From a virus (Duplodnaviria > Caudoviricetes), in IMG/VR virus record IMGVR_UViG_3300030380_000295, positions 1 through 54,166 of that record: a DNA stretch of 54,166 nt, one strand, 5' to 3'. The notes beneath the pieces are model-generated. The model was not told where the DNA came from and did no database searches. It saw only the letters and a list, made by a program, of their open reading frames with translations. Positions 16,707 to 25,724 of the stretch are shown here, in pieces. How positions within the stretch are numbered: the first letter of the stretch is position 1; each line of letters begins with the position of its first letter. Both the position numbers and the translations under genes were made by a program.

Positions 16707-16927
16707 TGGCAGATATAACAGCAAGACAGCATAATTTTATTTCGAATACTCATAGATATATCGAAGAAGTTATTGACGATTCAGAGACAATAGAAGAACT
16801 TAGATCAGATATTTTCCATATGAAAGAAAGAGTAAATACAGATTATAATTATACAATGGACTTTATTGATGAATTAAAAAACGAAATTAGTGACCTAAAA
16901 CAAATGGTGGAGGACTTACAAAAATGA
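16706..16927 (+). CDS. Hypothetical protein
   Basis: 73 aa, GTG start coupled to the upstream stop; coiled-coil-like. Confidence 0.6.
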   Translation: MADITARQHNFISNTHRYIEEVIDDSETIEELRSDIFHMKERVNTDYNYTMDFIDELKNEISDLKQMVEDLQK

Positions 16928-17184
16928 GTAATGAATTCAGAGAACAAGTATTAGAATATGTAAGTGATACAGTAGGTGAGATGTGGCAGTTAGATACACG
17001 ACCTGACTTAGAGCAAGACTGTGTTGATTTTATAGTAGACGAGTATGTTGATGAAGGGTTTTCAAAAGATGATTTGTATATAAACTTTTTAATTATAAAG
17101 TTTTTATCTAATCATTGCAGAGATGCAGTATCATCACAAGATTTAGATTATATGGCACAACAACAACGAGGTAATGAAATATGA
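16924..17184 (+). CDS. Hypothetical protein
   Basis: 86 aa, GGAGG RBS, ATGA overlap. Confidence 0.7.
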   Translation: MSNEFREQVLEYVSDTVGEMWQLDTRPDLEQDCVDFIVDEYVDEGFSKDDLYINFLIIKFLSNHCRDAVSSQDLDYMAQQQRGNEI

Positions 17185-17519
17185 AAGCAATATTAATAAA
17201 CGTAAAAGACCAATCAATAACTGAAGTGGAACATGATAATACTCTAGATAATATCTATGAGTTATTAGACTGTAGAACTTTTGATGTAGTTAGGATTGAT
17301 GAAGTAGATAGTATCTATATTGATGATGAAGGTTTGTATGTAGAAGACCAGTTATTCTTTGAGTTTGGTGGTGATGCACAATCTGTTAGATTGGCAGGTA
17401 ATGGATTAATCCTTGGCGTAGATGATCAAGGTTATTCTACTAGCCCTAAGATAACTCTTGAAGAAGTTCAAGGTAAAGTAGGTTTCTTACCTAATGGATA
17501 TACTACATACAAATGGTAG
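17181..17519 (+). CDS. DUF3846-like hypothetical protein
   Basis: IYIDDEGL and LAGNGLILG.D..G motifs. Confidence 0.65.
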   Translation: MKAILINVKDQSITEVEHDNTLDNIYELLDCRTFDVVRIDEVDSIYIDDEGLYVEDQLFFEFGGDAQSVRLAGNGLILGVDDQGYSTSPKITLEEVQGKVGFLPNGYTTYKW

Positions 17520-17752
17520 ACGTTGAAGTTTATGAGTATGATTACAATGGTACTATGGTTCAATGGTATTGGAGTGATCAGAAAAAGAAAAAATGGAAGA
17601 CTTGGAAACCTAAGGTTGAGGATGTACTATTAGTAGACTTGACAGACGAAAAGCAAAATGGTATAATTGCCTTAGAAATTTTTGAGGGGATAATGGATAG
17701 AGAACATCCTAAAAAAGTTAAAGCAAAAGGAATATATAAAGTAAGGAGATGA
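17513..17752 (+). CDS. Hypothetical protein
   Basis: 79 aa ORF within the operon. Confidence 0.6.
   Translation: MVDVEVYEYDYNGTMVQWYWSDQKKKKWKTWKPKVEDVLLVDLTDEKQNGIIALEIFEGIMDREHPKKVKAKGIYKVRR
17639..17667 (+). promoter_or_regulatory. Perfect-consensus sigma70 promoter inside a coding region
   Basis: TTGACA-17 bp-TATAAT with TGn extension, preceded by TAGTAGAC. Confidence 0.75.
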
Positions 17753-18031
17753 ATGGAAAGTTATTTAGTAGAGGTTATAGATGAAGATAATGAATCTAGT
17801 GTTGTTATGAACTTTGCAGAAAGCATACAAGAACTAATAGATAATATAGTTTGTATGGACCAATTTATATTTATTACAAATATTAAAAGAGTATCTGATA
17901 ATAAAGAGATTAAATTAACCAAAGATGTTATAGACTTAGAAGACTTAAGAATGTATAGATTACTAATTGATGATGAAGTATCACTAAGACAAATACTAAC
18001 AAGCAACGAGGATAATAATACTATACAATGA
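17753..18031 (+). CDS. Hypothetical protein
   Basis: 92 aa with AAGGAG RBS. Confidence 0.7.
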   Translation: MESYLVEVIDEDNESSVVMNFAESIQELIDNIVCMDQFIFITNIKRVSDNKEIKLTKDVIDLEDLRMYRLLIDDEVSLRQILTSNEDNNTIQ

Positions 18032-18177
18032 GAATAGGTAAACAACAAATAGAACATACTTCTAAGACTGGTTCTAGAGGTAAAAAGACTTCGATTGGTA
18101 GAGGAAATGTAGGTTACTCTACTATGTCGAAACGTAAACGACAAACCTACAAAGCTTATAGAGGGCAAGGAAAATGA
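18028..18177 (+). CDS. Small basic protein ending YRGQGK (49 aa)
   Basis: MRIGKQQ...KKTSIGRG...KRKR..YKAYRGQGK; ATGA overlaps on both sides. Confidence 0.7.
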   Translation: MRIGKQQIEHTSKTGSRGKKTSIGRGNVGYSTMSKRKRQTYKAYRGQGK

Positions 18178-18296
18178 AAACAAAAGACCTAGAAAAATTA
18201 TTTAAAGATAGACTAGCTCAAGATGGAATCAATAAAGCATGGATGGATGAGAAGTTAGTGTTTGTTGGTTTTGAAGATGATGAAGAGGAAGAGTAA
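18174..18296 (+). CDS. Small hypothetical protein (40 aa)
   Basis: MKTKDLEKLFKDRLAQDGINKAWMDEKLVFVGFEDDEEEE fills the gap exactly. Confidence 0.55.
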   Translation: MKTKDLEKLFKDRLAQDGINKAWMDEKLVFVGFEDDEEEE

Positions 18297-18791
18297 TTGA
18301 ATATATTTTATTTTAACAAGTGTCCCATCAAAGCAGCAGAAGATCAACCTGATAAGATGCTAGTCAAGATGCCATTAGAAACAGCACAGATGTTATGCAC
18401 AGCTCATAGAGAGCTTGATGGTGACGAGTATGCTGATGCTAATGGTTTATACAAACGAGCATATTGGAATCACCCATGTACTATTTGGGCTAGAGAAGCT
18501 AGTGGTAACTATGAATGGTTATATCAACACTTCATTGCTTTATCTTTTGAATACACTTATAGGTATGGTAAGCAACATGCAAGCTATGTTAAGTTACACA
18601 AAGCATTAGCTAAATGCCCTGACAATATAACACAAGGTAGAATAACTAAGCTTGCACAAGCTATGCCTGATGAATATAAACATCCTGACCCTATCGTTGC
18701 ATACAGGACCTACGTAGTAAATGAAAAGCACTATGCTAAATGGGAGAAGGGCAGAGACAAACCTAAATGGTGGTCGCATGACAGAGTATGA
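18297..18791 (+). CDS. Pyrimidine-dimer DNA glycosylase-like protein
   Basis: MNIFY, VKMPLETAQML, NHPCTIWAR, NYEWL, EY..RYGK.H and QAMPDEYK motifs. Confidence 0.65.
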   Translation: MNIFYFNKCPIKAAEDQPDKMLVKMPLETAQMLCTAHRELDGDEYADANGLYKRAYWNHPCTIWAREASGNYEWLYQHFIALSFEYTYRYGKQHASYVKLHKALAKCPDNITQGRITKLAQAMPDEYKHPDPIVAYRTYVVNEKHYAKWEKGRDKPKWWSHDRV

Positions 18792-18951
18792 TGCACATAA
18801 AATATTCCAAGAACAACAAGAACGTAACAGAGTAACAGCACTTCATGCTAATGATGGAGTGATTGAACTACGGTACGCAGATGGAACAAGAGAAATTTAC
18901 AGAAAACGTAAATGGTTAACTGGTTTTAAATTAATAAGGAGAAGACAATGA
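18778..18951 (+). CDS. Hypothetical protein
   Basis: Likely start at ATG 18778 (MTEYDAHK) after GGTGG. Confidence 0.55.
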   Translation: MTEYDAHKIFQEQQERNRVTALHANDGVIELRYADGTREIYRKRKWLTGFKLIRRRQ

Positions 18952-19565
18952 AAATTGTAACAACACTAATAGCACTATTAACATTGGTAGTTGGAACTAA
19001 TATCTTTCTAAACGTACAAGAGCAAGACAGGTTAGAAACTGCTTTAGTATTATTAGATTCAAGAATTAATTCTAACAAAACAACTATTGAAAATATTGAA
19101 GATTATATAGTAGATGTAGGAATGGACTTTGAAACTATGAACTTTATCATGATGGATAATATAAAAGATGTAGCTACTGCTTTAGAAAAACATAAGCATG
19201 AACCTGTATATATCGAAGTTCCATCAGTTAAAATAAAAGAACAGCCCAAGCCTGTTAAAGAAGAAATACTAGAAAGAACCTATGATCCTGAAACTAAGTT
19301 ACATATTCCTAGTCTACCTGTTCCGGTAGTTGTTTGTCCTAAAGCAAACAATAAACTAGGTAAGTTTATTAAAGACGTGTCACTACGAAGAGATTACAAG
19401 TTTATTATAAACTATGATATACTAAATAATAAAATAGATAACGTGAGGTTTGATAAAAAAATACCTAGTAAATTAAAATCAGCTATGATAAACTACATAA
19501 ATTCTTTTACGATCAATGGTGATGTAACAAATTGTAAACTATCAATTAAAGTATTGGAGAACTAA
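18948..19565 (+). CDS. Membrane-anchored protein with a possible TonB C-terminal-like domain
   Basis: N-terminal TM helix, coiled coil, Pro/Lys/Glu-rich linker and a ~70 aa C-terminal domain bracketed by two Cys. Confidence 0.5.
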   Translation: MKIVTTLIALLTLVVGTNIFLNVQEQDRLETALVLLDSRINSNKTTIENIEDYIVDVGMDFETMNFIMMDNIKDVATALEKHKHEPVYIEVPSVKIKEQPKPVKEEILERTYDPETKLHIPSLPVPVVVCPKANNKLGKFIKDVSLRRDYKFIINYDILNNKIDNVRFDKKIPSKLKSAMINYINSFTINGDVTNCKLSIKVLEN

Positions 19566-19772
19566 ATGCAAGAATTCTATAGACTAACAAACTCTGAGTA
19601 CAAAGAATGGAATAACTTTTGTACGGAGAACTATAAAAATATATATGAAAATAAAGATGGACATGTAGTACACTACATACCTACATCAGATACCTTTCAT
19701 TTATATATAGATTCAAATGAACAATCAGGTATGCAAAACTTTTTAGAAAAAATGCTTGCATATGATTTATAG
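19566..19772 (+). CDS. Hypothetical protein
   Basis: 68 aa with GGAG RBS. Confidence 0.65.
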   Translation: MQEFYRLTNSEYKEWNNFCTENYKNIYENKDGHVVHYIPTSDTFHLYIDSNEQSGMQNFLEKMLAYDL

Positions 19773-19784
19773 CTGTGGTATAAT
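19756..19784 (+). promoter_or_regulatory. Sigma70 promoter of the replication operon
   Basis: TTGCAT-17 bp-TATAAT with TGn extension. Confidence 0.75.
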
Positions 19785-19789
19785 GCACT

Positions 19790-19952
19790 CACTCAAAGAC
19801 ATGACCTTGATATTAAAGGCTTTCCTTGAGTCACCGAGTAGCATTAGCCCTCTATCTCCATCCTCCTCAAGGAGCTACTTGGTTCAGTTATCTGAGGTGA
19901 TGGGGCAACTGGCTCATAGCCCCAACTCGAAAGAGTTAGCTATGGTTTTTAT
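19790..19952 (+). ncRNA. Structured, pseudoknotted 5' leader of ssb (candidate cis-regulatory RNA)
   Basis: Stems 19833-42/19874-83, pseudoknot 19856-62/19899-905, and a GAAA-capped hairpin CATAGC..AACTC-GAAA-GAGTT..GCTATG plus T-run. Confidence 0.55.
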
Positions 19953-19982
19953 AATACTGTTAAATAATAAAGGAGAAAAGAT

Positions 19983-20396
19983 ATGGCAGTAGTTAATGGA
20001 ACTGCGTATTGGGCAAGTATTAAAACACCTAATACCAAATTTGAACCTGTATACACAGTCAACCTAGTAGTTGATGAAGATACAGCAAATGATTTTGCGT
20101 CAAGAGGACACAAGATAAAACAGATGGATGAAGGTCCATCACTTGTTATCAAACGAAAAGTTAATGGACCAAATGGAATGGTTCGTACAGCACCTAGATT
20201 ATTAGATGCTGAAAAGAATGAAGTTAATTATTCAGTTGGTAATGGTTCTAAAGTAAGAGTACAATTCAATGAGTACGAAGGCGAGAATAAGTATGGTCCT
20301 TATACAGGGTTAGACTTACAAGCTGTTCAAGTACTTGACCTTGTTGAGTACCGAGCTGAGGATGGTGCAGAATTGTTAGACGGAGAAGAATTCTAA
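19983..20396 (+). CDS. ssb: Single-stranded DNA-binding protein (T7 gp2.5-like)
   Basis: G.AYWA, VGNGSKVRV, L.AVQVLDLVEY motifs and an acidic tail ending in Phe (DGEEF). Confidence 0.8.
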   Translation: MAVVNGTAYWASIKTPNTKFEPVYTVNLVVDEDTANDFASRGHKIKQMDEGPSLVIKRKVNGPNGMVRTAPRLLDAEKNEVNYSVGNGSKVRVQFNEYEGENKYGPYTGLDLQAVQVLDLVEYRAEDGAELLDGEEF

Positions 20397-20674
20397 TGGT
20401 AGATACTCCACAATTACAAGGTGCACCAATTACAATTAATCAAGACGATGGTTCAGCCAAAGTCTATGATTCAGGATTGTTATCACTTGAAGCACAACAG
20501 GCTGTAGATATGATTGCCTTTATCGCAAGATTAAGACAAGTATTAGATGCATCTGGACAGGTATTCAGTAATGTAGTAACCAATAACTTAACAGAAGAAG
20601 CTATGGTCGAAGAACTAACTTCCGAAGAAGAGGTTGTTGAAGAGGACAGTGCTGATGAAGAAGACACTAAATAA
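20396..20674 (+). CDS. Acidic hypothetical protein
   Basis: 92 aa with an Asp/Glu-rich tail. Confidence 0.7.
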   Translation: MVDTPQLQGAPITINQDDGSAKVYDSGLLSLEAQQAVDMIAFIARLRQVLDASGQVFSNVVTNNLTEEAMVEELTSEEEVVEEDSADEEDTK

Positions 20675-20689
20675 TAGTGTCGACAACTC

Positions 20690-20724
20690 GAGGGCAGATC
20701 GTAATGGTTTGCCCTCATTCTTTT
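20690..20724 (+). terminator. Hairpin (terminator or processing site) between the ssb unit and the primase gene
   Basis: GAGGGCAGA...TTTGCCCTC stem followed by ATTCTTTT. Confidence 0.55.
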
Positions 20725-20737
20725 ATGAGGAGGATAA

Positions 20738-22390
20738 ATGGAAGAAAGTAATTGGGACAGACACAAACTACCATGTTCTAAATGTGGTGGAAGTGATCCT
20801 GTATCTACAAACAAAGATGGTTCAGGTTATTGCTTTAGCTGTAACCACCATTACAAAAACTATCAACAAGAAGTAGATGGTAATATCATAGACATGGTTT
20901 CTCACAAAGAACCAAGTACATTTTTAAACTCATACACAGGAGTCTTTGGTGATCTGACAGATCGTAAGATCAGTGAAGCTGTTGCCAAGAAGTACGGTGT
21001 ACGTGTTGTGTATGATAGTCAAGGTAACGTAGCTAAACATATCTATCCATACTACAATAGCAATGAAGTTGTTTCAACTAAGACCAGAACTGTAAGCACA
21101 AAAGGTTTTGTAGTTGACGGTGGCTATGAAGGTACAGGTTTGTTTGGTGAGCAACTCTTTGGTAAAGGTGGTAAGTATCTTACTATTACCGAAGGTGAGT
21201 GTGATGCTATGGCTGTGTATGAAATCTTTGATAAGAAGTGGGCATCAGTATCTGTTAAACGTGGTGCTCAAGGTTCAGTCCGAGATATTAGAGACAGCAT
21301 AGAGTTTGTTGAATCATTTGATAATGTTGTTCTCTGCTTTGATAATGACAAGTACGGTAGAGAAGCAGCACGTAAGATTGCACGTATTATAAAACCGGGC
21401 AAGGCTAAGATAGTTACACTACCTGAGGGATTTAAAGATGCGAATGCTATGCTTGAACAAGGACAGTATGCACAGTTTACTAAAGCATGGTGGGATGCTA
21501 AGACATACACACCATCTGGTATCATGGAACTGTCTAGTGCAAAAGATAAATGGTTGCACCGAGAGCAGAAAGAAAGCATTGCGTATCCTTGGGAAGGACT
21601 CAACAAGAAACTATATGGTATGCGTAAAGGAGAGTTAGTTACGTTGACTGGTGGTACAGGACTTGGTAAGTCAAGCATCACTCGTGAGCTTACTCACTAC
21701 CTGATAAAGAATACCGAAGACAATGTAGGTATCATAGCATTAGAAGAGAACTGGTTGAGAACTGCTGATGGTATAGTATCTATCGAAGCTAATGATCGTT
21801 TGTATTTAGAAGAGAAAAGAAAGAACTATACTGACGAGCAACTGCAAGAGTTGTTTGATAAAGTTATACAGAAAGATAAAGTATTTATACATGCTCATCT
21901 AGGAGCTACAGATATAGACGAAATCTTTTCTAAACTAAGATACATGATTGTTGGTTGTGAATGTGATTGGGTAATCGTGGATCATTTACACATGTTAGTT
22001 AATCAGCTTACGGAGTCAGACGAACGTAGAGGTATTGATTCTTTAATGAATAGATTACGTTCACTAGTTGAAGAGACTGGTGTAGGTATGTTCTTAGTAT
22101 CTCATTTACGTAGAGCATCAGGTGATCGTGGACATGAGCAGGGTATCGAAGTATCTCTATCTCATCTCAAGGGATCTCAAGGTATCTCACAACTATCAGA
22201 CTGTGTGATTGCATTAGAACGTAATCAACAAGCAGAAGATGAAACCGAATCTAATACAACTAAAGTTCGTGTACTTAAATCTAGGTACACAGGTGATACG
22301 GGATTAGCTTGCAGCTTGCTTTATGATGTACAGACTGGTAGAATGAATGAGGTTACTGACGAAGTAACTCTTAATGATTTACCTTTTTAG
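20738..22390 (+). CDS. DNA primase-helicase (T7 gp4-like)
   Basis: Zn finger CSKC..YCFSC, TOPRIM ITEGECDA and FDND, Walker A GGTGLGKS, IVDHL, VSHLRR, LKSRYTG. Confidence 0.95.
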   Translation: MEESNWDRHKLPCSKCGGSDPVSTNKDGSGYCFSCNHHYKNYQQEVDGNIIDMVSHKEPSTFLNSYTGVFGDLTDRKISEAVAKKYGVRVVYDSQGNVAKHIYPYYNSNEVVSTKTRTVSTKGFVVDGGYEGTGLFGEQLFGKGGKYLTITEGECDAMAVYEIFDKKWASVSVKRGAQGSVRDIRDSIEFVESFDNVVLCFDNDKYGREAARKIARIIKPGKAKIVTLPEGFKDANAMLEQGQYAQFTKAWWDAKTYTPSGIMELSSAKDKWLHREQKESIAYPWEGLNKKLYGMRKGELVTLTGGTGLGKSSITRELTHYLIKNTEDNVGIIALEENWLRTADGIVSIEANDRLYLEEKRKNYTDEQLQELFDKVIQKDKVFIHAHLGATDIDEIFSKLRYMIVGCECDWVIVDHLHMLVNQLTESDERRGIDSLMNRLRSLVEETGVGMFLVSHLRRASGDRGHEQGIEVSLSHLKGSQGISQLSDCVIALERNQQAEDETESNTTKVRVLKSRYTGDTGLACSLLYDVQTGRMNEVTDEVTLNDLPF

Positions 22391-22398
22391 GAGATAGT

Positions 22399-24132
22399 AT
22401 GAAAGAAATTGTATTTGATATAGAAGCTAACGGTTTAAAGCCTGATAAGATTTGGTGTATTGTAGCCAAGCCTTTAGGTGAGGCTGTAGTTTCATTTGGT
22501 CCGGATAAGATCAAAGAAGGTATAGATTATTTAAAATCTGCTGACTCACTAATTGGTCATAACATTTTAGGCTTTGACTTACCTGTTATCAAAAAGTTAT
22601 ATGGAGTAGATTTTACCAAACATAAAATTAAAGATACGTTAGTTATGTCTCGCTTGTTTAATCCAGTACGTGAGAATGGACATAGTTTAAAAACGTGGGG
22701 ATACATTATAGGTTTTCCTAAAGATGAACAGCCCGAAGATTGGGATTGTTTTTCTAAAGACATGCTTACGTATTGTCAAAAGGATGTAGTTTTAAATGAG
22801 AAAGTTTACTTACGTTTACTAAAAGAAGGTGAGAACTTTGATGAAGAGTCAGTCAATTTAGAGCATGGAGTTGCTACCGTTCTAAAAGATCAAGAAGATA
22901 TTGGATTTGAATTTAATCAAGAATATGCAATGATGCTTGTTGCTCAACTCAAAGAACGTATGTTTCAAGTTGAGAAAGAAGTACAACAGGTCTTTAAACC
23001 TAAGATGGTTGATATAAAACAAGTCGTACCCAAACGAAAGAAAGATGGTACATTATCTAAATCAGGATTAACAGTTGAAGAATATGACAGACTGATAGCA
23101 TCTGGAGATTACTTACCTTTTATGAGACAGAAGTTACAACCTTTTAACTTAGGTTCTCGTAAACAGATAGGGGAATATCTCACAGACTTTGGATGGAAAC
23201 CTAATAGGTTTACTCCTACAGGTCAGCCTATCGTAGATGAATCTTCGTTAGCTAAAGTTAAAAAGATTCCGGAAGCTCGTTTAATAGCAGAGTTTCTTTT
23301 GCTACAAAAACGTATAGCTCAAATTGATTCATGGATATTATCGGTTCAAGAAGACAACAGAGTACATGGGTTTGTAATACCTAATGGTACAATAACTGGT
23401 CGTATGTCGCATCGTGCTCCTAATGTTGCACAAGTTCCCAGTGTAGTTAGTGAGTATGGAAAAGAATGTAGATCATGTTGGACTGTACGTGAAGGTTACA
23501 AATTAGTAGGTATAGATGCAAGTGGTTTAGAATTAAGAATGCTTGCACATTATATGGATGATAAGGAATACACAAATGAGGTTACAGAAGGAGACATACA
23601 CACAGCTAATCAAAAAGCTGCAGGACTTAAATCAAGAGATCAGGCAAAGACATTCATCTATGCATTTATATACGGAGCAGGAGATGCAAAAATTGGGTCA
23701 GTGGTTGGAGGAGGTAAAAAGCTTGGAGCAGAACTTAAGCAACGCTTCCTCGATAATAACCCATCACTTAAAGTTCTTAGAGAAAGAGTATCTAGAGCAG
23801 CTAAACGAGGATACCTCAAAGGATTAGATGGTCGTAAGATATTTATTCGTAATGAGCATGCAGCACTAAACAGTTTACTACAAGGTGGTGGTGCAATTGT
23901 TATGAAACGAGCTTTACTTATGTTAAATAATTTGATACAGTTACAGTCTTTAGATGCTAGATTTGTTGCGAACATCCATGATGAATGGCAGATGGAAGTA
24001 CGAGAAGATATCACCGACTTTGTAGGTGAGTTAGCTGTACGTTGTATAGAAGATGCAGGTAAGTATTACAATTTACGTTGTCCACTTACTGGTGAATATA
24101 AAATAGGAGATAACTGGAGTGAAACCCATTAA
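22399..24132 (+). CDS. Family A DNA polymerase (T7 gp5-like)
   Basis: Exo I FDIEANG, exo II GHNILGFD, motif A DASGLELR, motif B RDQAKTFIYAFIYG, motif C IHDE. Confidence 0.95.
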   Translation: MKEIVFDIEANGLKPDKIWCIVAKPLGEAVVSFGPDKIKEGIDYLKSADSLIGHNILGFDLPVIKKLYGVDFTKHKIKDTLVMSRLFNPVRENGHSLKTWGYIIGFPKDEQPEDWDCFSKDMLTYCQKDVVLNEKVYLRLLKEGENFDEESVNLEHGVATVLKDQEDIGFEFNQEYAMMLVAQLKERMFQVEKEVQQVFKPKMVDIKQVVPKRKKDGTLSKSGLTVEEYDRLIASGDYLPFMRQKLQPFNLGSRKQIGEYLTDFGWKPNRFTPTGQPIVDESSLAKVKKIPEARLIAEFLLLQKRIAQIDSWILSVQEDNRVHGFVIPNGTITGRMSHRAPNVAQVPSVVSEYGKECRSCWTVREGYKLVGIDASGLELRMLAHYMDDKEYTNEVTEGDIHTANQKAAGLKSRDQAKTFIYAFIYGAGDAKIGSVVGGGKKLGAELKQRFLDNNPSLKVLRERVSRAAKRGYLKGLDGRKIFIRNEHAALNSLLQGGGAIVMKRALLMLNNLIQLQSLDARFVANIHDEWQMEVREDITDFVGELAVRCIEDAGKYYNLRCPLTGEYKIGDNWSETH

Positions 24133-24433
24133 AGATTCAAGTAGAAAAGGAGACTTTGCAGAGTATTACGCAGTCACATGGTTGTGGGATAATGGCTATG
24201 AAGTCTTTCAAAACTCAGGATGTACTGGTCCTGTTGATATGATTGCGTTAGATAAAAAAGGTAAAACAGTTTTGATTGATGTGAAAACATTACAGCCTGA
24301 CTACAGAAATAAAACAGGCAACAGAGTTATGTTTAAAACAGGAAGAACAAAACTTCAAGAAAAATTAGACGTACAGTTTTTACTTTTTAATCCTGATACA
24401 AGAGAACTTAAATTTGCAGAGCATAAAAAATGA
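24119..24433 (+). CDS. PD-(D/E)XK endonuclease (Holliday-junction-resolvase-like)
   Basis: G..AE...V.WL...GYEVF and GPVDM...LIDVKT. Confidence 0.75.
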   Translation: MKPIKDSSRKGDFAEYYAVTWLWDNGYEVFQNSGCTGPVDMIALDKKGKTVLIDVKTLQPDYRNKTGNRVMFKTGRTKLQEKLDVQFLLFNPDTRELKFAEHKK

Positions 24434-25296
24434 AAAAGAAATTAGTTAATATCGTACCTGATATATATAAAGCTATTGCTCCCTTAACAAAAGGAGAAGG
24501 CTTAGATATTTCAGAAGAAATGATTGATTCATTTGGTGAAGATATGAAAGCAGCTATGCGAGATTGGGTTAAGAAACAACCTAAGACTAAAGATTCTTTG
24601 CGTATGTCTAACATAGGTAAGCCTGCTAGACAGCTTTGGTATAACAAGCATTCTAAAATCAAAGCTAAAGATTTACAGGCTACGTTAATGATTAAGTTTT
24701 TATATGGACATATTCTAGAAGCTCTTGTAGTCTTTCTTGTTAAGTTATCTGGACATAAGATTACCGATCAACAGAAAGAAGTAAACGTAAATGGTATTAA
24801 AGGACACATGGATTGTAAAATAGATGGAGAGGTAGTAGATATTAAATCTACATCAGGTTTTGCTTTTAATAAATTTAAGAATGGAACTCTACCTGAGAAT
24901 GATAGCTTCGGATACATGGCACAGCTTGCCGGATACGAAGAGGCAGAAGGTACAGATCAAGGAGGTTTTCTAGCCATCAATAAAGAAACAGGAGAACTTT
25001 GGTTCTTTCGACCGGATGAGCTTGACAAACCTGATATAAAGTCTAAAATTAAAAGGTTAAAGGCAACTCTAAAAAAGCCTGAACCTCCTGAGTTATGTTA
25101 TCAACCGATAGCAGATGGTGCTCAGGGCAACTTCAAACTTCCGAGAGAATGTACATGGTGTCCTCATAAAATAGAATGCCACTCGGAGTCTAATCACGGA
25201 CAAGGACTTCGTATTTTTGATTATGCGAGAGGTCCTGTTTTTTTCACAGATATAGTCACTGAACCTAGAGTTCGGGAGATAACCCATGAATGGTAA
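24430..25296 (+). CDS. PD-(D/E)XK exonuclease (Cas4/RecB-like)
   Basis: LRMSNIGKP.RQLWY, GHMD, VVDIKS, Y.AQL.GY and C-terminal CTWCPHK..C. Confidence 0.8.
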   Translation: MKKKLVNIVPDIYKAIAPLTKGEGLDISEEMIDSFGEDMKAAMRDWVKKQPKTKDSLRMSNIGKPARQLWYNKHSKIKAKDLQATLMIKFLYGHILEALVVFLVKLSGHKITDQQKEVNVNGIKGHMDCKIDGEVVDIKSTSGFAFNKFKNGTLPENDSFGYMAQLAGYEEAEGTDQGGFLAINKETGELWFFRPDELDKPDIKSKIKRLKATLKKPEPPELCYQPIADGAQGNFKLPRECTWCPHKIECHSESNHGQGLRIFDYARGPVFFTDIVTEPRVREITHEW

Positions 25297-25537
25297 AAAA
25301 AGTAAATTAATACGTAGACAAGCAGAAAAACTTCAGGTACAATGGATCAATAGTTTGTTGACAGAGGATGCAGATAAAGTAACTCCACAAACTTTAGATC
25401 AAGCATTACCTGATCAAGAATATTATTATAAAGGATACACAATTCATCATTCGTTTATGAATCATAAGTGGGTTGAAAAGAAATTAAAAAAGAATTTTGA
25501 TTTAACACTAGATGAGTTATTAACTAGTCATGCCTGA
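25286..25537 (+). CDS. Hypothetical protein
   Basis: 83 aa with GGGAG RBS. Confidence 0.7.
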   Translation: MNGKKSKLIRRQAEKLQVQWINSLLTEDADKVTPQTLDQALPDQEYYYKGYTIHHSFMNHKWVEKKLKKNFDLTLDELLTSHA

Positions 25538-25715
25538 AGTTCATCTAGATGATTTAAAATTAGAGGACTTACTATTTATAGTAGGTGGTTCAATCTTTCA
25601 AGGGAGTACTGCTGACGATATAGAGTTAGAAGTATTATTAAAACTTGAAGAGCTACTTAATAGTAAACTTGATGAAAGATTAAATGGCATCCCTGAAGAT
25701 GCTGTCATACACTAA
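25530..25715 (+). CDS. Hypothetical protein
   Basis: 61 aa ORF within the operon. Confidence 0.6.
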   Translation: MPEVHLDDLKLEDLLFIVGGSIFQGSTADDIELEVLLKLEELLNSKLDERLNGIPEDAVIH

Positions 25716-25724
25716 GGAGATAGG

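Noticed and set aside
19833-19905. HDV-like ribozyme
   Set aside because: The helix order is similar, but the J4/2 strand (GGU) has no catalytic C and the P1.1/L3 consensus is missing.
19756-19992. 78-aa ORF in the track
   Set aside because: It starts inside the promoter -35 box and spans the structured leader; no RBS.
13008-20000. tRNA genes in intergenic gaps
   Set aside because: No cloverleaf with a T-loop GTTCRA consensus found by eye; tRNAscan-SE or ARAGORN would settle it.
22399-24132. HMO-2011-type polymerase with a DnaJ zinc-finger insertion
   Set aside because: No CxxCxGxG repeats in the protein.
25022-25049. Internal promoter TTGACA-16-TAAAAT upstream of the nrd genes
   Set aside because: Plausible, but inside a CDS in AT-rich DNA with a non-optimal spacer and no supporting motif.
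24430-25296. CRISPR-associated cas4
   Set aside because: A stand-alone phage nuclease in the replication module; no cas genes or array.
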